A stretch of DNA of 64,000 nt from NCBI GenBank assembly GCA_963726455.1, contig CAVSCK010000004.1, positions 1,216,001 through 1,280,000 on the forward strand, in the 5' to 3' direction. How positions within the stretch are numbered: the first letter of the stretch is position 1; every line of letters begins with the position of its first letter. The notes below the pieces were generated by a model. The model was not told where the DNA came from and searched no databases. It worked only from the letters and a program-made list of their open reading frames with translations. The stretch is from an uncultured bacterium. Its GTDB lineage: Bacteria; Zixibacteria; MSB-5A5; CAIYYT01. The position numbers and the translations under genes were made by a program. Of this stretch, positions 32,137 to 42,350 are shown piece by piece.

Positions 32137-33321
32137 ATGAAGTTCGACAACCAGACATATCGAATCAGCGGCGGAGAAAAGCTCGGAAATCTCCTGTTGA
32201 TAATTGGATTGGCAGGATTAGTACTCAGCGCAGTCGGTCTGGTGGTTGACAGCAGACAGTTTCTCTTCTCGTATCTGGTCAGCTTTGCGTTCTGGGTCAG
32301 TATCGGATTGGGCGCCCTGTTCTTTGTCATGGTGCATCATCTGGCAGGGGCGGTCTGGAGTGTAATGCTGCGGCGGATTATGGAGAATGTGATGATCACC
32401 CTGCCGATCCTATTCGTGTTCTTCATTCCCATCGCGTTGGGAATGGGCAGTCTGTATGAATGGACTGACGGAAACGTGGTAGCCACTGATGAAATACTGC
32501 GCCAAAGGACGGCCTATCTCAATTCCGGGTTCTTTCTCGGAAGAACGACTATCTATTTCGCCGTCTGGTTTGTCCTGGCTATCTGCTGTATCGGTTTGAC
32601 CATCAGGCAAGATGCGAGCCGCAGTGATGAAATGACCGCCAAATTCAGAAAGATTAGCGCGCCCGGTATTGTTCTCTTCGCGTTTACGTTGACGTTCGCG
32701 GCGTGGGACTGGCTCATGTCGCTGGAGGCGCGGTGGTATTCGACGATCTACGGCGTTTACTTTTTCGCCGGATCGTCAATAGCAATTCTGGCGCTGATAA
32801 TTTTGATTTCGCTATACCTGCGGCGGAAGCAGGTACTGACAACCCAAATCACGGCCGAACACTATCACGATTTATCCAAACTGATGTTCGCCTTCGTGAT
32901 ATTCTGGGGATATATGGCGTTCGCGCAATACCTGCTGATATGGTACGCCAACGTCCCCGAGGAGACGATTTGGTTCCAGCATCGTTGGGTCGGATCGTGG
33001 AAGGCCATGACCTTGCTGCTGGTATTCGGGCAATTTGCACTGCCGTTCGCCTTCCTGATTCCGAGATTGTCGAAGCGGAGATTCTGGACTGTGGGAGTTG
33101 CGGCGGGCTGGTTGTTGCTGATGCACTGGGCGGACATGTATTGGCTGGTGATGCCGAGTTTGCACAAAGAAGGCGTCTCCCTGTCATGGATGGACTTGAC
33201 AACCTTGGCCGGAATTGGGGGCGTATATCTAGGGTTGACTTGGAAGCGTCTCTGTGCGCAACCGCTGGTTCCGGTGAATGATCCGCGGCTGCAAGATTCG
33301 ATTGAATTCGTCAACCGCTGA
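32137..33321 (+). CDS. actF: Alternative complex III membrane subunit F
   Basis: DWLMSLEARWYSTIYG, HDLSKL, QYLLIWYANVPEE. Confidence 0.88.
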   Translation: MKFDNQTYRISGGEKLGNLLLIIGLAGLVLSAVGLVVDSRQFLFSYLVSFAFWVSIGLGALFFVMVHHLAGAVWSVMLRRIMENVMITLPILFVFFIPIALGMGSLYEWTDGNVVATDEILRQRTAYLNSGFFLGRTTIYFAVWFVLAICCIGLTIRQDASRSDEMTAKFRKISAPGIVLFAFTLTFAAWDWLMSLEARWYSTIYGVYFFAGSSIAILALIILISLYLRRKQVLTTQITAEHYHDLSKLMFAFVIFWGYMAFAQYLLIWYANVPEETIWFQHRWVGSWKAMTLLLVFGQFALPFAFLIPRLSKRRFWTVGVAAGWLLLMHWADMYWLVMPSLHKEGVSLSWMDLTTLAGIGGVYLGLTWKRLCAQPLVPVNDPRLQDSIEFVNR

Positions 33322-33326
33322 GAGGT

Positions 33327-33695
33327 ATGAGCTTGGACGACGAAGCACAGAGTCATACGGATATTCCGCCGACGCCGGGATACGAAAAACGCGACGTCAA
33401 TGTTCGTCTGGCGTTCGGTGTCGGAGCCGTGATAATACTGGTCATCGCGATCAGCGTGGTGATCTTGAACGACGTTTTTGTGCTGGACAAGGAAGAAATC
33501 ATGTTTAACGCGGCGCTGAAGCCGGAATCGATGGCGCTGCGCGAATTTCAAGATCGGGAAACGGAGACACTGACCACATACAAAACTTTGGACGGGACGA
33601 AAGGTGTCTACCGGATTCCCGTATCACGAGCAATGGAATTGATGGCAGATGAAGCATACCAGGCACGCGAAGCAAAGGCGGCAACCAAGCAGTGA
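33327..33695 (+). CDS. actG: Alternative complex III small subunit (ActG-like)
   Basis: Single TM helix, RIPVSRAMEL motif, position directly after actF. Confidence 0.65.
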   Translation: MSLDDEAQSHTDIPPTPGYEKRDVNVRLAFGVGAVIILVIAISVVILNDVFVLDKEEIMFNAALKPESMALREFQDRETETLTTYKTLDGTKGVYRIPVSRAMELMADEAYQAREAKAATKQ

Positions 33696-33714
33696 TTTGT
33701 GAAGGCGCAAACTC

Positions 33715-34551
33715 ATGAAGAGCATAAATCCGAAATCGGTGGTCCTGGCCCTCCTCACTGCCTGCATGTGCCTGATATCGGAGTCTCGGGCGCAGGTGGT
33801 ACAGGACAGCGTCCCGGCTCTCAAGAGGATTGACGTCATCGAGCATCTCGGCGACACGATTCCGATGGGTCTGACATTCACCAATGATGCCGGGGAGACG
33901 GCCAATCTGGGGACTTATTTTCATCATGGCAAACCGGTAATTCTGGTGTTGGCCTATTACACGTGCCCGATGTTGTGTACGCTCGTCTTGAATGGGCTGA
34001 GTAATGCCGTGGCGGCGCTGGATTGGACTCCCGGCAAGGAATTTCAGATACTGACTATCAGCATTGATCCGTCGGAAACATTCGAGCTGGCTGCCGGCAA
34101 GAGGACGCGCTATCTGGACAACCTTGGCAGGCCGGGAATTGGCGACGGCTGGAGATTCTTCGTCGGCGCGGCCGATCAATCGCAGGCACTGGCGGACGCA
34201 GTCGGCTTCAAGTACTATTACGATACCGAGCAGAAAATGTACGCACATCCAGCCGTGGTCATGATTCTCACTGAGGACGGCAAGATTTCGCGGTATCTCT
34301 ACGGAATCGATTTCAAACCGCGCGATCTCAAGTTGGCGCTGGGGGAGGCATCACAGGGGAAAGTCGGCAACACAATCGATCGGATCATTTTGTACTGTTA
34401 TCATTACGATCCGGCGGCCAAGGGCTACGTCGCCGTCGCGGGAAGAATTATGCAGTTGGGCGGCCTGCTGACGCTGGGGATACTGATAGTGTTTCTGGGG
34501 ATTCTCTGGGGAAGAGAACGCAGGCGCAGGTCACAGGTAAGCAGTGCCTGA
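33715..34551 (+). CDS. SCO-family copper chaperone
   Basis: YYTCPMLC, YAHP, ISRYLYG. Confidence 0.9.
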   Translation: MKSINPKSVVLALLTACMCLISESRAQVVQDSVPALKRIDVIEHLGDTIPMGLTFTNDAGETANLGTYFHHGKPVILVLAYYTCPMLCTLVLNGLSNAVAALDWTPGKEFQILTISIDPSETFELAAGKRTRYLDNLGRPGIGDGWRFFVGAADQSQALADAVGFKYYYDTEQKMYAHPAVVMILTEDGKISRYLYGIDFKPRDLKLALGEASQGKVGNTIDRIILYCYHYDPAAKGYVAVAGRIMQLGGLLTLGILIVFLGILWGRERRRRSQVSSA

Positions 34552-34585
34552 ACGACTGTTAACAGCAAGGAGCTAGCCGGACAAG

Positions 34586-35545
34586 ATGCAGGATAACGGC
34601 ACTTTGTTTCTACCATCGGGGCACTCGACTATTGCACCCGACACGGATGCGCTGTTCAATTTCATATACTACTTTTCAATAGTCTTTATGGCGATCGTTG
34701 TCGGTATGATCGCGCTCGCCGTCACTCGTTATCGGCGCAGAGGTGCAGCAACGGTTTCGACGGCGCCATCGCATAACCTCAAGCTGGAAATCATTTGGAC
34801 GACGATACCGATTATTCTGGTGCTGATCGTCTTTGCGTGGGGATTTCGTGTCTACCTGCGGCTGTTCATCGTTCCGAAGGATGCCATGGAGATCAAGGTG
34901 ACGGGACAGCGGTGGTTCTGGAGCTTCGACTACCCGAACGGAGCCAAGTCGGTGAATGACCTGGTCGTCCCGGTGAGCAAGCCGATCAAGTTGCTGATGT
35001 CATCGAAAGACGTGATCCACAGCTTCTTTGTGCCCAACTTTCGTATAAAACAGGATGTGCTGCCGAATCGGTACACGATAACCTGGTTTGAAGCGACTGA
35101 TACGGGAGCGTATGACCTGTTCTGCTCGGAGTATTGTGGCAGCAAGCATTCAGGGATGATCGGCAAGATACGAGTCGTCACCGATCGCGAATACGCCGAG
35201 TGGTTGGAGAAGAATTCACAAGAAGGCAAAGGAATGTCTTTGGCAGATTATGGGGCAAGTTTGTATGCGTCGAAGGCATGCATAACGTGCCATTCGATTG
35301 ATGGAAAGGCGGGCACCGGTCCGACATTTCTCGGATTGTATGGCAACCAGGTAAAATATCAGGACGGTAGCACGGCGACGGCGGATGAGAACTATCTGCG
35401 GGCCTGCATCCTGACGCCTAATCTGAAGGTGCTGGCGGGTTATCAGCCGGTGATGCCGACGTTTCAAGGCGTGCTCGACGACCGGCAGGTTGATGCGTTG
35501 ATTGCGTATATCAAGTCACTTAACAAGGGCGGTGCCAAGCAATGA
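34586..35545 (+). CDS. coxB: Cytochrome c oxidase subunit II with fused cytochrome c (caa3 type)
   Basis: DVIHSF, CuA motif [13 protein letters not shown]-terminal CITCH...MP. Confidence 0.95.
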   Translation: MQDNGTLFLPSGHSTIAPDTDALFNFIYYFSIVFMAIVVGMIALAVTRYRRRGAATVSTAPSHNLKLEIIWTTIPIILVLIVFAWGFRVYLRLFIVPKDAMEIKVTGQRWFWSFDYPNGAKSVNDLVVPVSKPIKLLMSSKDVIHSFFVPNFRIKQDVLPNRYTITWFEATDTGAYDLFCSEYCGSKHSGMIGKIRVVTDREYAEWLEKNSQEGKGMSLADYGASLYASKACITCHSIDGKAGTGPTFLGLYGNQVKYQDGSTATADENYLRACILTPNLKVLAGYQPVMPTFQGVLDDRQVDALIAYIKSLNKGGAKQ

Positions 35546-37146
35546 ACGAGATTCCTCAGTACAACTTCCTCACGACTCCCAAGGGAATCAAGTCCTGGTT
35601 GTTCACCCGGGACCACAAGCGCATCGGGCTGATGTATCTCTTTGCGATCATGTTCTTCTTTCTGATCGGAGGCATCTTTGCGCTGCTGATCAGGATTGAA
35701 TTGCTGACGCCGAATGAAGCGCTGGTCAAGCCCGACACCTACAATCAGCTCTTCACGCTGCATGGCGCAATCATGATCTTCCTGTTTATCATTCCGTCGA
35801 TACCGGCGTCTCTGGGTAATTTTGTACTGCCACAACTGCTCGGCGCCAAAGATGTCGCGTTTCCAAGATTGAACTTGGCGAGCTGGTATATCTATGTAGT
35901 CGGCGCCTGTTTTCTGATCTACTCGATGTTCGCAGGTGCAGCGGACACCGGTTGGACTTTCTATACACCCTATTCCACTCTGACAACGACATCAGTGATT
36001 TCCACCACCATGGGCGTGTTCATTCTGGGGTTCTCCTCGATCTTCACCGGCCTGAATTTCGTCGTCACTATTCACAAGCTGCGCCTGCCGGGTATGACCT
36101 GGTACGATATGCCGTTGTTCTGCTGGGGCATTTACGGCACAGCCATTCTGCAGATACTGGCGACCCCGGTGTTGGGAATTACGCTGGTTCTATTGATGTT
36201 GGAGCGCGCTTTCGGGATTGGCATATTCGACCCGGCGATGGGCGGCGATCCGGTATTGTATCAGCATTTCTTCTGGTTCTATTCGCATCCGGCGGTCTAT
36301 ATCATGATCCTGCCCGGAATGGCAATTATCAGCGAGACAATCAGTGTGTTTTCGCATAAGCGGATTTTCGGTTACAAGGCAATAGCATTTTCGAGTCTGG
36401 GAATCGCATTCGTCAGTTTCCTGGTCTGGGGACATCACATGTTCACCAGCGGCCAGTCGGAGCTGTCGGCGATGCTCTTTTCGTTTCTGACATTCATGGT
36501 GGCGATTCCATCGGGTATCAAAGTGTTCAACTGGCTGGCCACGTTGTACAAGGGCTCGATCAGCCTGGAAGCACCGATGATCTATACTTTGATGTTTCTG
36601 ATACTGTTCTCCATCGGCGGACTCACCGGAATCTTTCTCGGCGCGCTGGCAGTGGATGTGCAAGTTCATGGCACCTATTTTGTGGTGGCACATTTCCATT
36701 ACGTGATGATGGGCGGTACGGTCATGGCCTTTCTGGCCGGGCTGCACTATTGGTGGCCGAAGATTTGGGGGCGCATGTACAGTGAATTCTGGGCGCGCGT
36801 GGGAGCGCTCTTGATCTTCATCGGCTTCAACATGACGTTCTTTACGCAGTTCATTCTCGGCGCCAAAGGAATGCCGCGCCGTTATGCGACGTATTTGATT
36901 CAGTATCAACCATTACACGGATTTTCATCGGTGGGGTCGTTTATTCTCGGCGCCGGGTTTGTTGTGATGGCGGTCTACTTGATTGCCTCTATTTTCCGAG
37001 GGAAACCGGCGGGCAATAATCCTTGGGGCGGACTGACTTTGGAGTGGACGACGACTTCACCACCACCACCGGAGAATTTCTTGGAGACGCCCAAGCTGAC
37101 GCACGGGCCTTATGATTATGACAAGGTGCTACCGGAAAAAAGTTAA
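35542..37146 (+). CDS. coxA: Cytochrome c oxidase subunit I (A2 type)
   Basis: [21 protein letters not shown] (YS motif), WGHHM, AHFHY, GMPRR. Confidence 0.97.
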   Translation: MNEIPQYNFLTTPKGIKSWLFTRDHKRIGLMYLFAIMFFFLIGGIFALLIRIELLTPNEALVKPDTYNQLFTLHGAIMIFLFIIPSIPASLGNFVLPQLLGAKDVAFPRLNLASWYIYVVGACFLIYSMFAGAADTGWTFYTPYSTLTTTSVISTTMGVFILGFSSIFTGLNFVVTIHKLRLPGMTWYDMPLFCWGIYGTAILQILATPVLGITLVLLMLERAFGIGIFDPAMGGDPVLYQHFFWFYSHPAVYIMILPGMAIISETISVFSHKRIFGYKAIAFSSLGIAFVSFLVWGHHMFTSGQSELSAMLFSFLTFMVAIPSGIKVFNWLATLYKGSISLEAPMIYTLMFLILFSIGGLTGIFLGALAVDVQVHGTYFVVAHFHYVMMGGTVMAFLAGLHYWWPKIWGRMYSEFWARVGALLIFIGFNMTFFTQFILGAKGMPRRYATYLIQYQPLHGFSSVGSFILGAGFVVMAVYLIASIFRGKPAGNNPWGGLTLEWTTTSPPPPENFLETPKLTHGPYDYDKVLPEKS

Positions 37147-37167
37147 GGTTAAGGAGACACCGGCACG

Positions 37168-37818
37168 ATGTCGGAAATGACCGGCGGTCATCCCGCGCAT
37201 TTGCAGCATCATTTTAGCGGCAGCGAACAGCAGGCAGCCGCTGCCAAGCTGGGCATGTGGATATTCCTGCTCACGGAGATTCTACTGTTCGGCGGGCTGT
37301 TCTGCGCTTACGCGATCTACCGCGCCTGGAATCCGCAGATGTTCTTCGAGGCCCACAAGCAACTGGATGTCCACCTGGGAATGACCAACACCATCGTGCT
37401 GATCATTTCGTCGGTGACGATGGCGCTGGCGATTCGCAGCATGCAACTCGGCAAGAAACAACTGACGATTCGATTCCTGATCGCGACCTTGCTCTGCGCG
37501 GCGGTATTCCTGTTCATTAAGTATCTCGAATACGAGCACAAATTCCATCTCGGACAATTGCCAGGCAGATATTACACGTTTACCGGCCTTAAGGGAGCGA
37601 ATCCGCATATCTTCTTCGGCATCTACTTCATGATGACCGGGCTGCACGGCATACACGTGATCGGCGGCATGGCAGTCATCAGCTGGATGTTGTTCCGCAC
37701 GGCGCGCAATCAGTTCTCGCCGGAATACTATACACCACTGGAAATGACGGGCCTGTATTGGCACTTGGTCGATATGATTTGGATCTTTCTGTTTCCGTTA
37801 CTCTACCTGATCGGATGA
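37168..37818 (+). CDS. coxC: Cytochrome c oxidase subunit III
   Basis: LGMWIFLLTEILLF, TGLHGIHV, YWHLVD. Confidence 0.93.
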   Translation: MSEMTGGHPAHLQHHFSGSEQQAAAAKLGMWIFLLTEILLFGGLFCAYAIYRAWNPQMFFEAHKQLDVHLGMTNTIVLIISSVTMALAIRSMQLGKKQLTIRFLIATLLCAAVFLFIKYLEYEHKFHLGQLPGRYYTFTGLKGANPHIFFGIYFMMTGLHGIHVIGGMAVISWMLFRTARNQFSPEYYTPLEMTGLYWHLVDMIWIFLFPLLYLIG

Positions 37819-37822
37819 AACG

Positions 37823-38320
37823 ATGAGCAACCACGCCACCACATCGACGCCGCATGTACTTCCGCTCAAGATATACCTCGGAGTCGGCGCGATCCTATTG
37901 ACGTTGACGGTAACAACGGTGCTGGTATCGGAGATACAGTTGGGTGGTTGGAATCTGGTGGCGGCGTTGGCAATTGCGGCGACCAAAGCGCTGCTCGTGG
38001 CATTCTTCTTTATGCATCTCTATTATGATTACAAACTGTATTTCTTCATCTTCAGCATCGCGGTCTCGGTATTGGCGATCTTCATCGTCTTCACGATGTT
38101 TGACACGCTCGATCGCGGCGCGATATACGAAATCAAGGGCCAACCGATAAATCCGAAGGCGTCAATGTATTCCGAGCCGATTTTCCAGGGTCAGGGGGCG
38201 GCTGTTGATACTTCCAAAGCAAAAGCACCGGCCAAGACGGGCGACACGTCGGGAGTCAAGACAGATACCTCAACCGCCAGGAAGGACACAACTCAGCAAG
38301 CGAAGCCGCCTGGATACTAG
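37823..38320 (+). CDS. Cytochrome c oxidase subunit IV family
   Basis: KALLVAFFFMHL motif; three TM helices. Confidence 0.85.
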   Translation: MSNHATTSTPHVLPLKIYLGVGAILLTLTVTTVLVSEIQLGGWNLVAALAIAATKALLVAFFFMHLYYDYKLYFFIFSIAVSVLAIFIVFTMFDTLDRGAIYEIKGQPINPKASMYSEPIFQGQGAAVDTSKAKAPAKTGDTSGVKTDTSTARKDTTQQAKPPGY

Positions 38321-38352
38321 AATGTTAGCGCTGACATAAACGGGGAATTATC

Positions 38353-39282
38353 ATGAAAGCTTTTAGAATTTTCGCGTTCATCTCGATGGTCGCCTCCTAC
38401 CTGCTCATTTTCACAGGCGGCCTCGTGAGAGTATCGGGTGCGGGACTTGGTTGTCCTGACTGGCCGAAGTGCTTCGGTCGCTGGTTGCCGCCATTCAGCG
38501 CGATGCAATTGCCTGCCGACATTGATCCGAACACGTTCAATTTTGCACTGGCGTGGATCGAGTATCTCAATCGAGTATTTGGTATGTTGCTGGGGCTGTT
38601 GGTTGTGGTGACGGCAATTCTCGCAATCGTGCACTATCGCAAGGTCACGCGAATATTATGGCCGACATTGCTGGCCGCACTGTTCGTGGCGTTTGCCGGC
38701 TGGCAGGGCGGCAAAGTGGTAACATCGCATCTGGAGCCGATTGCGGTGTCGATGCATCTATTCGTGGCATTGGCAATTGTGACCCTGCTCACCTATGTCA
38801 CGCAGCAAGCGTACTATCTGAGCCAGGGCATTGCGGAGCCGCCGGGCGTTGCGGGCAAGGCGCACGTCTGGATTGCGTTCCTCTGGGTCGTGGCAATCGT
38901 TCAGATTCTGCTGGGCACCCAAGTTCGAGAGTCGTTCGAGCGCATTGGAATTCAGAATCCGCTGGCAAGTGACCTTGAAGTCATCGCCGGCGCCGGCGCT
39001 ATGAAATACATTCACATGTTGTTCGGAATTCTCACCGCCATTGCGACGTTCCAGGTGGCGCATCAGGTGTTGCGCGCCGGCGGACGGACAGTGGCACTGA
39101 TGCGAGTTGCCGTCTGGTGGATGATGTCGCTGATGATTCTGCAGATTCTGTTGGGAACAGGTCTGTTGGTGATCGGAATTCCGCCACTATTGCAGGTGTT
39201 TCATCTGTGGGTTGCGGCGTTGCTGATCGGCACGATACTGTACTTGTATTCCGCAGTTCGAGTGGAGGTGCAGCCACAATGA
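38353..39282 (+). CDS. ctaA: Heme A synthase (COX15/CtaA)
   Basis: GGLVRVSGAGLGCPDWPKC, EYLNR, conserved His residues. Confidence 0.9.
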   Translation: MKAFRIFAFISMVASYLLIFTGGLVRVSGAGLGCPDWPKCFGRWLPPFSAMQLPADIDPNTFNFALAWIEYLNRVFGMLLGLLVVVTAILAIVHYRKVTRILWPTLLAALFVAFAGWQGGKVVTSHLEPIAVSMHLFVALAIVTLLTYVTQQAYYLSQGIAEPPGVAGKAHVWIAFLWVVAIVQILLGTQVRESFERIGIQNPLASDLEVIAGAGAMKYIHMLFGILTAIATFQVAHQVLRAGGRTVALMRVAVWWMMSLMILQILLGTGLLVIGIPPLLQVFHLWVAALLIGTILYLYSAVRVEVQPQ

Positions 39283-39885
39283 CCAAGCAAACAGGGATTC
39301 CCAAATGGGTATTCTGGACGGTGCCGGTGATTGCTGTCATGGCCGTTGTCGCCGCAGTTGTGATTAACTGGGCGGAAAGCTCAATGGCGCAACTACCGTC
39401 GCTGGGACAAGTGCCGCAATTCAAACTGACCGAGCGCAACGGCCAGACAATTACGGCTAATGATCTCCAAGGACACCTGACTGTGGTCGATTTCATATTC
39501 ACCAGTTGTCGCACGATCTGTCCCGTCATGACCGGCAACATGAGTGACCTGTATCAGACCTACAAGGGTTCCGACAAGGTGCATTTTCTTTCCATATCCG
39601 TTGATCCCGATGTCGATTCACTTACCGGTGCTGCAACGCTACGCTGTCGATCATGGCGTGACCGACAATCGCTGGTTGTTCGCGCGCGGCGCATTGGTTG
39701 ATGTGGCGCATTTGATGGAAAAGGGATTCATGCTGGCGGCCGACGAATTGCCTGCGGGACATCCGTCACAATTCGTACTGGTCGACGACAAGGCGCAGAT
39801 TCGCGGCTACTACTCGAACGGCGAACCGTCGGAAATGCCGATTCTCAAGCGCGATATTCGTGAACTGGCGCGGCAGATCAAATGA
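39279..39885 (+). CDS. Second SCO-family protein (apparent frameshift near 39620)
   Basis: FIFTSCRTICP and SISVDP; 3' part HPSQFVLVD..IRGYY in another frame. Confidence 0.8.
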
Positions 39886-40295
39886 ACGTCTCCGCACTGC
39901 CGACCGTTGATGCCGTTCTCAACTTAACAAGTGCCCTACTGCTGTTCTTCGGGCGACGGCAGATCAAGGCCGGTCAGCGTGAGAAGCACAAGAAATTGAT
40001 GCTGTCGGCGCTGATGTCCTCTGCCTTATTCCTGATTTCATATTTGGTCTACCATGCGAATGTCGGTTCCGTCCCCTACGCACGACATGACTGGACGCGA
40101 ACCCTGTATTTCGCCATCCTGATCCCACATTCGTTCTTCGCCGCGGTGATGGTGCCTTTCATAATTGCGGCGGTGTGGTACGCATTGCATGAGAAATTCG
40201 AGCAGCATCGACGCATCGTGCGCTGGCTCTGGCCCGCGTGGATGTTCGTGTCGTTGAGCGGGATTGTGGTGTATGTGATGTTGTATCATTTGTAA
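39882..40295 (+). CDS. DUF420 / CtaM-like membrane protein
   Basis: HKKLML, FLISYLVYH, YFAILIPH, HRRIVRW; last gene of the oxidase operon. Confidence 0.85.
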   Translation: MNVSALPTVDAVLNLTSALLLFFGRRQIKAGQREKHKKLMLSALMSSALFLISYLVYHANVGSVPYARHDWTRTLYFAILIPHSFFAAVMVPFIIAAVWYALHEKFEQHRRIVRWLWPAWMFVSLSGIVVYVMLYHL

Positions 40296-40337
40296 ATCAG
40301 ACATGCCCCGGAAGATCGAGTGCGCGACAATCAATTA

Positions 40338-40522
40338 CGCCGTCAGGAAAGAGTTCCTGACGGCGCTTCTATACGCTGTTGCGTCGGTTCCTGATTTCGC
40401 GCGGTCATTCACAAACCTCTGACACTATTGATCGCCCAGCGCGAAATTGTGAACCGACGCATCCATAGAACTGAGCAAACGGAACTCTTGGGACACCCAA
40501 AGGGTTCCTGACGACGCTTCTA
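40338..40522. repeat. Two related hairpins between convergent operons
   Basis: CGCCGTCAGGAA..TTCCTGACGGCG and GGAAC..GTTCC, both followed by TGACGRCGCTTCTA. Confidence 0.5.
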
Positions 40523-40548
40523 TTGGTATCTAAAGTGTCGTCTGCTAT

Positions 40549-42350
40549 TTAAGCCGCTCCCACTGCTTCCTGCAATTCACTGCGGGAATAAAGTTCTTGA
40601 TAAGCGGCGGATCGCGCCATGAGTTCGTCATGCGTACCACGGTCGACCACCTTGCCTTCGTCGAACAGCAGAATCTTGTCCGCCAGCCGCAATGTCTTGG
40701 TGCGGTGCGTCACGACGAAACAGGTCATCTCCGGCATAACTGCGTGCAGCGCATCCCAGAGGCGTTCCTCGGTGCGGGCATCGAGTGCCGACGTGCAATC
40801 GTCCAGTATCAGTATCTGCGGATTGCGCGCCAATGCACGCGCGATGGCCACACGTTGTTTCTCGCCACCGGAAATCGTCAGACCGCGCGTCCCGATCATG
40901 GTCTTGAGCCCCTGTGGGAAACGCTCCATTTGCGAATCCAACTGCGCCAGCCGTATCGTTTCTGCAATCTTGCCGTCATCTATCGACTTGTCGCCGAAAC
41001 GAATGTTCCCCTCGATCGTGTCGGAGAACAGTATCGGCTCCTGCGGCACAAAGCCGATGATATCGCGGTACGAGTCGAGCGGCAGTTCCTTGAGCGGCGA
41101 GTCGTCGAGCGATATCGTTCCTTCCGACGGATCGGCTACCCGCGTGAGCAAATGGATGATCGTGCTCTTGCCCGAGCCAACCTTGCCGACGAGCGCCACC
41201 GTCTGGCCCTTGCGTACCGTGAACGTTACCTCGTCGAGCACTTTGCGACCGGTCGAATCATACGAGAAAGACACGCCTTCAAACTTGATCGCGTTGAATT
41301 TGACATCCACCCGTTGATGATTGCCGTTGCGCACCATCGGCGGATAATCGGCGATTTCAAGCAACCGCCCGATGCTTACTGCCGACTGGCGACCTCTCAC
41401 CAGAAACTGGCCGATATCGAACATGGAATAAACCATGGCCACGCTGTAACTGATAAACGCGACCATATCGCCTACCGATACGCCGCCGTTAATGGCCATC
41501 ATACCGCCGACGATCAGCACGGCGATCAGCCCGAATTGCCAGATATACATATAGAGCAATTCGATTCCGCCCTGAGCGCGCACGACGTTAATTTCGGAAG
41601 CTCGGCGCTCGCCGATGATACCCGCGAACTTCCTCGACCAGAGGGCGCGGCGATTGTAGGCCATGACTACCCGGATTCCCGAGAAGCAGGATTCCATGGT
41701 ACTGTTCAGATCGGAAATCCTCTTCTGAAGACGTTCATACCGTTTGTCAAGCAGGGTCGCAGTCTTCATGAAGATGATCACCAGAATCGGCAGCGGTCCG
41801 ATCGTGTACAAGGTCAGCTTCACATTGAGGCCGAACATCATTACCAGGCCGAACACCACCAAACAGAGCGCCTCATAAAAACGAAAGATGCCGGAACAGG
41901 CAAACCATGACATCTTGTCCGCCACGTCATCGGTCATGCGCGTGACCAGATCGCCGGTGCGGAAATGATTGAAAAAGTCGGGGCCCATCTGCGTGGTCGC
42001 ATCAAATCCACGTTGCCGGTAAATCCATTCCAGTTTCACGTTCATCCAGGCGCGACTGTTCTGCAGGATCAAATAGATCACCAGCGCCGCTGCGGCAAAG
42101 ACTGATCAGCATCACGCCCGCCTGCGCCATAGGCGTCGAGTCCATAGCCGGACACCAGCGTACGCAACGGTTCCAGCCATGCCGGGACTACGCCGGAGCC
42201 CTTGCTGATCACGTCGAACACATATTTGAGAATGAGCGGCTGAGCCATGACCAGCGCTGCGAATATCGGCGTGCCGATAATCAGCCACGCCAGCATCAGC
42301 TTGTAGTCGGAATATCCGCTCATCAACCATTTTATCTTACGCCACATCAT
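40549..42350 (-). CDS. ABC exporter half-transporter (TMD+NBD); apparent frameshifts near 42100-42140
   Basis: TGDLVTRMTDD, GKVGSGKS, ISGGEKQR, degenerate Walker B LDDCTSALD. Confidence 0.88.

Noticed and set aside
40597-41910. 437-aa + strand ORF and similar long antisense ORFs (13605-14270, 36190-36909, 63217-63894)
   Set aside because: Shadow frames opposite well-supported GC-rich genes, with no recognisable motifs.
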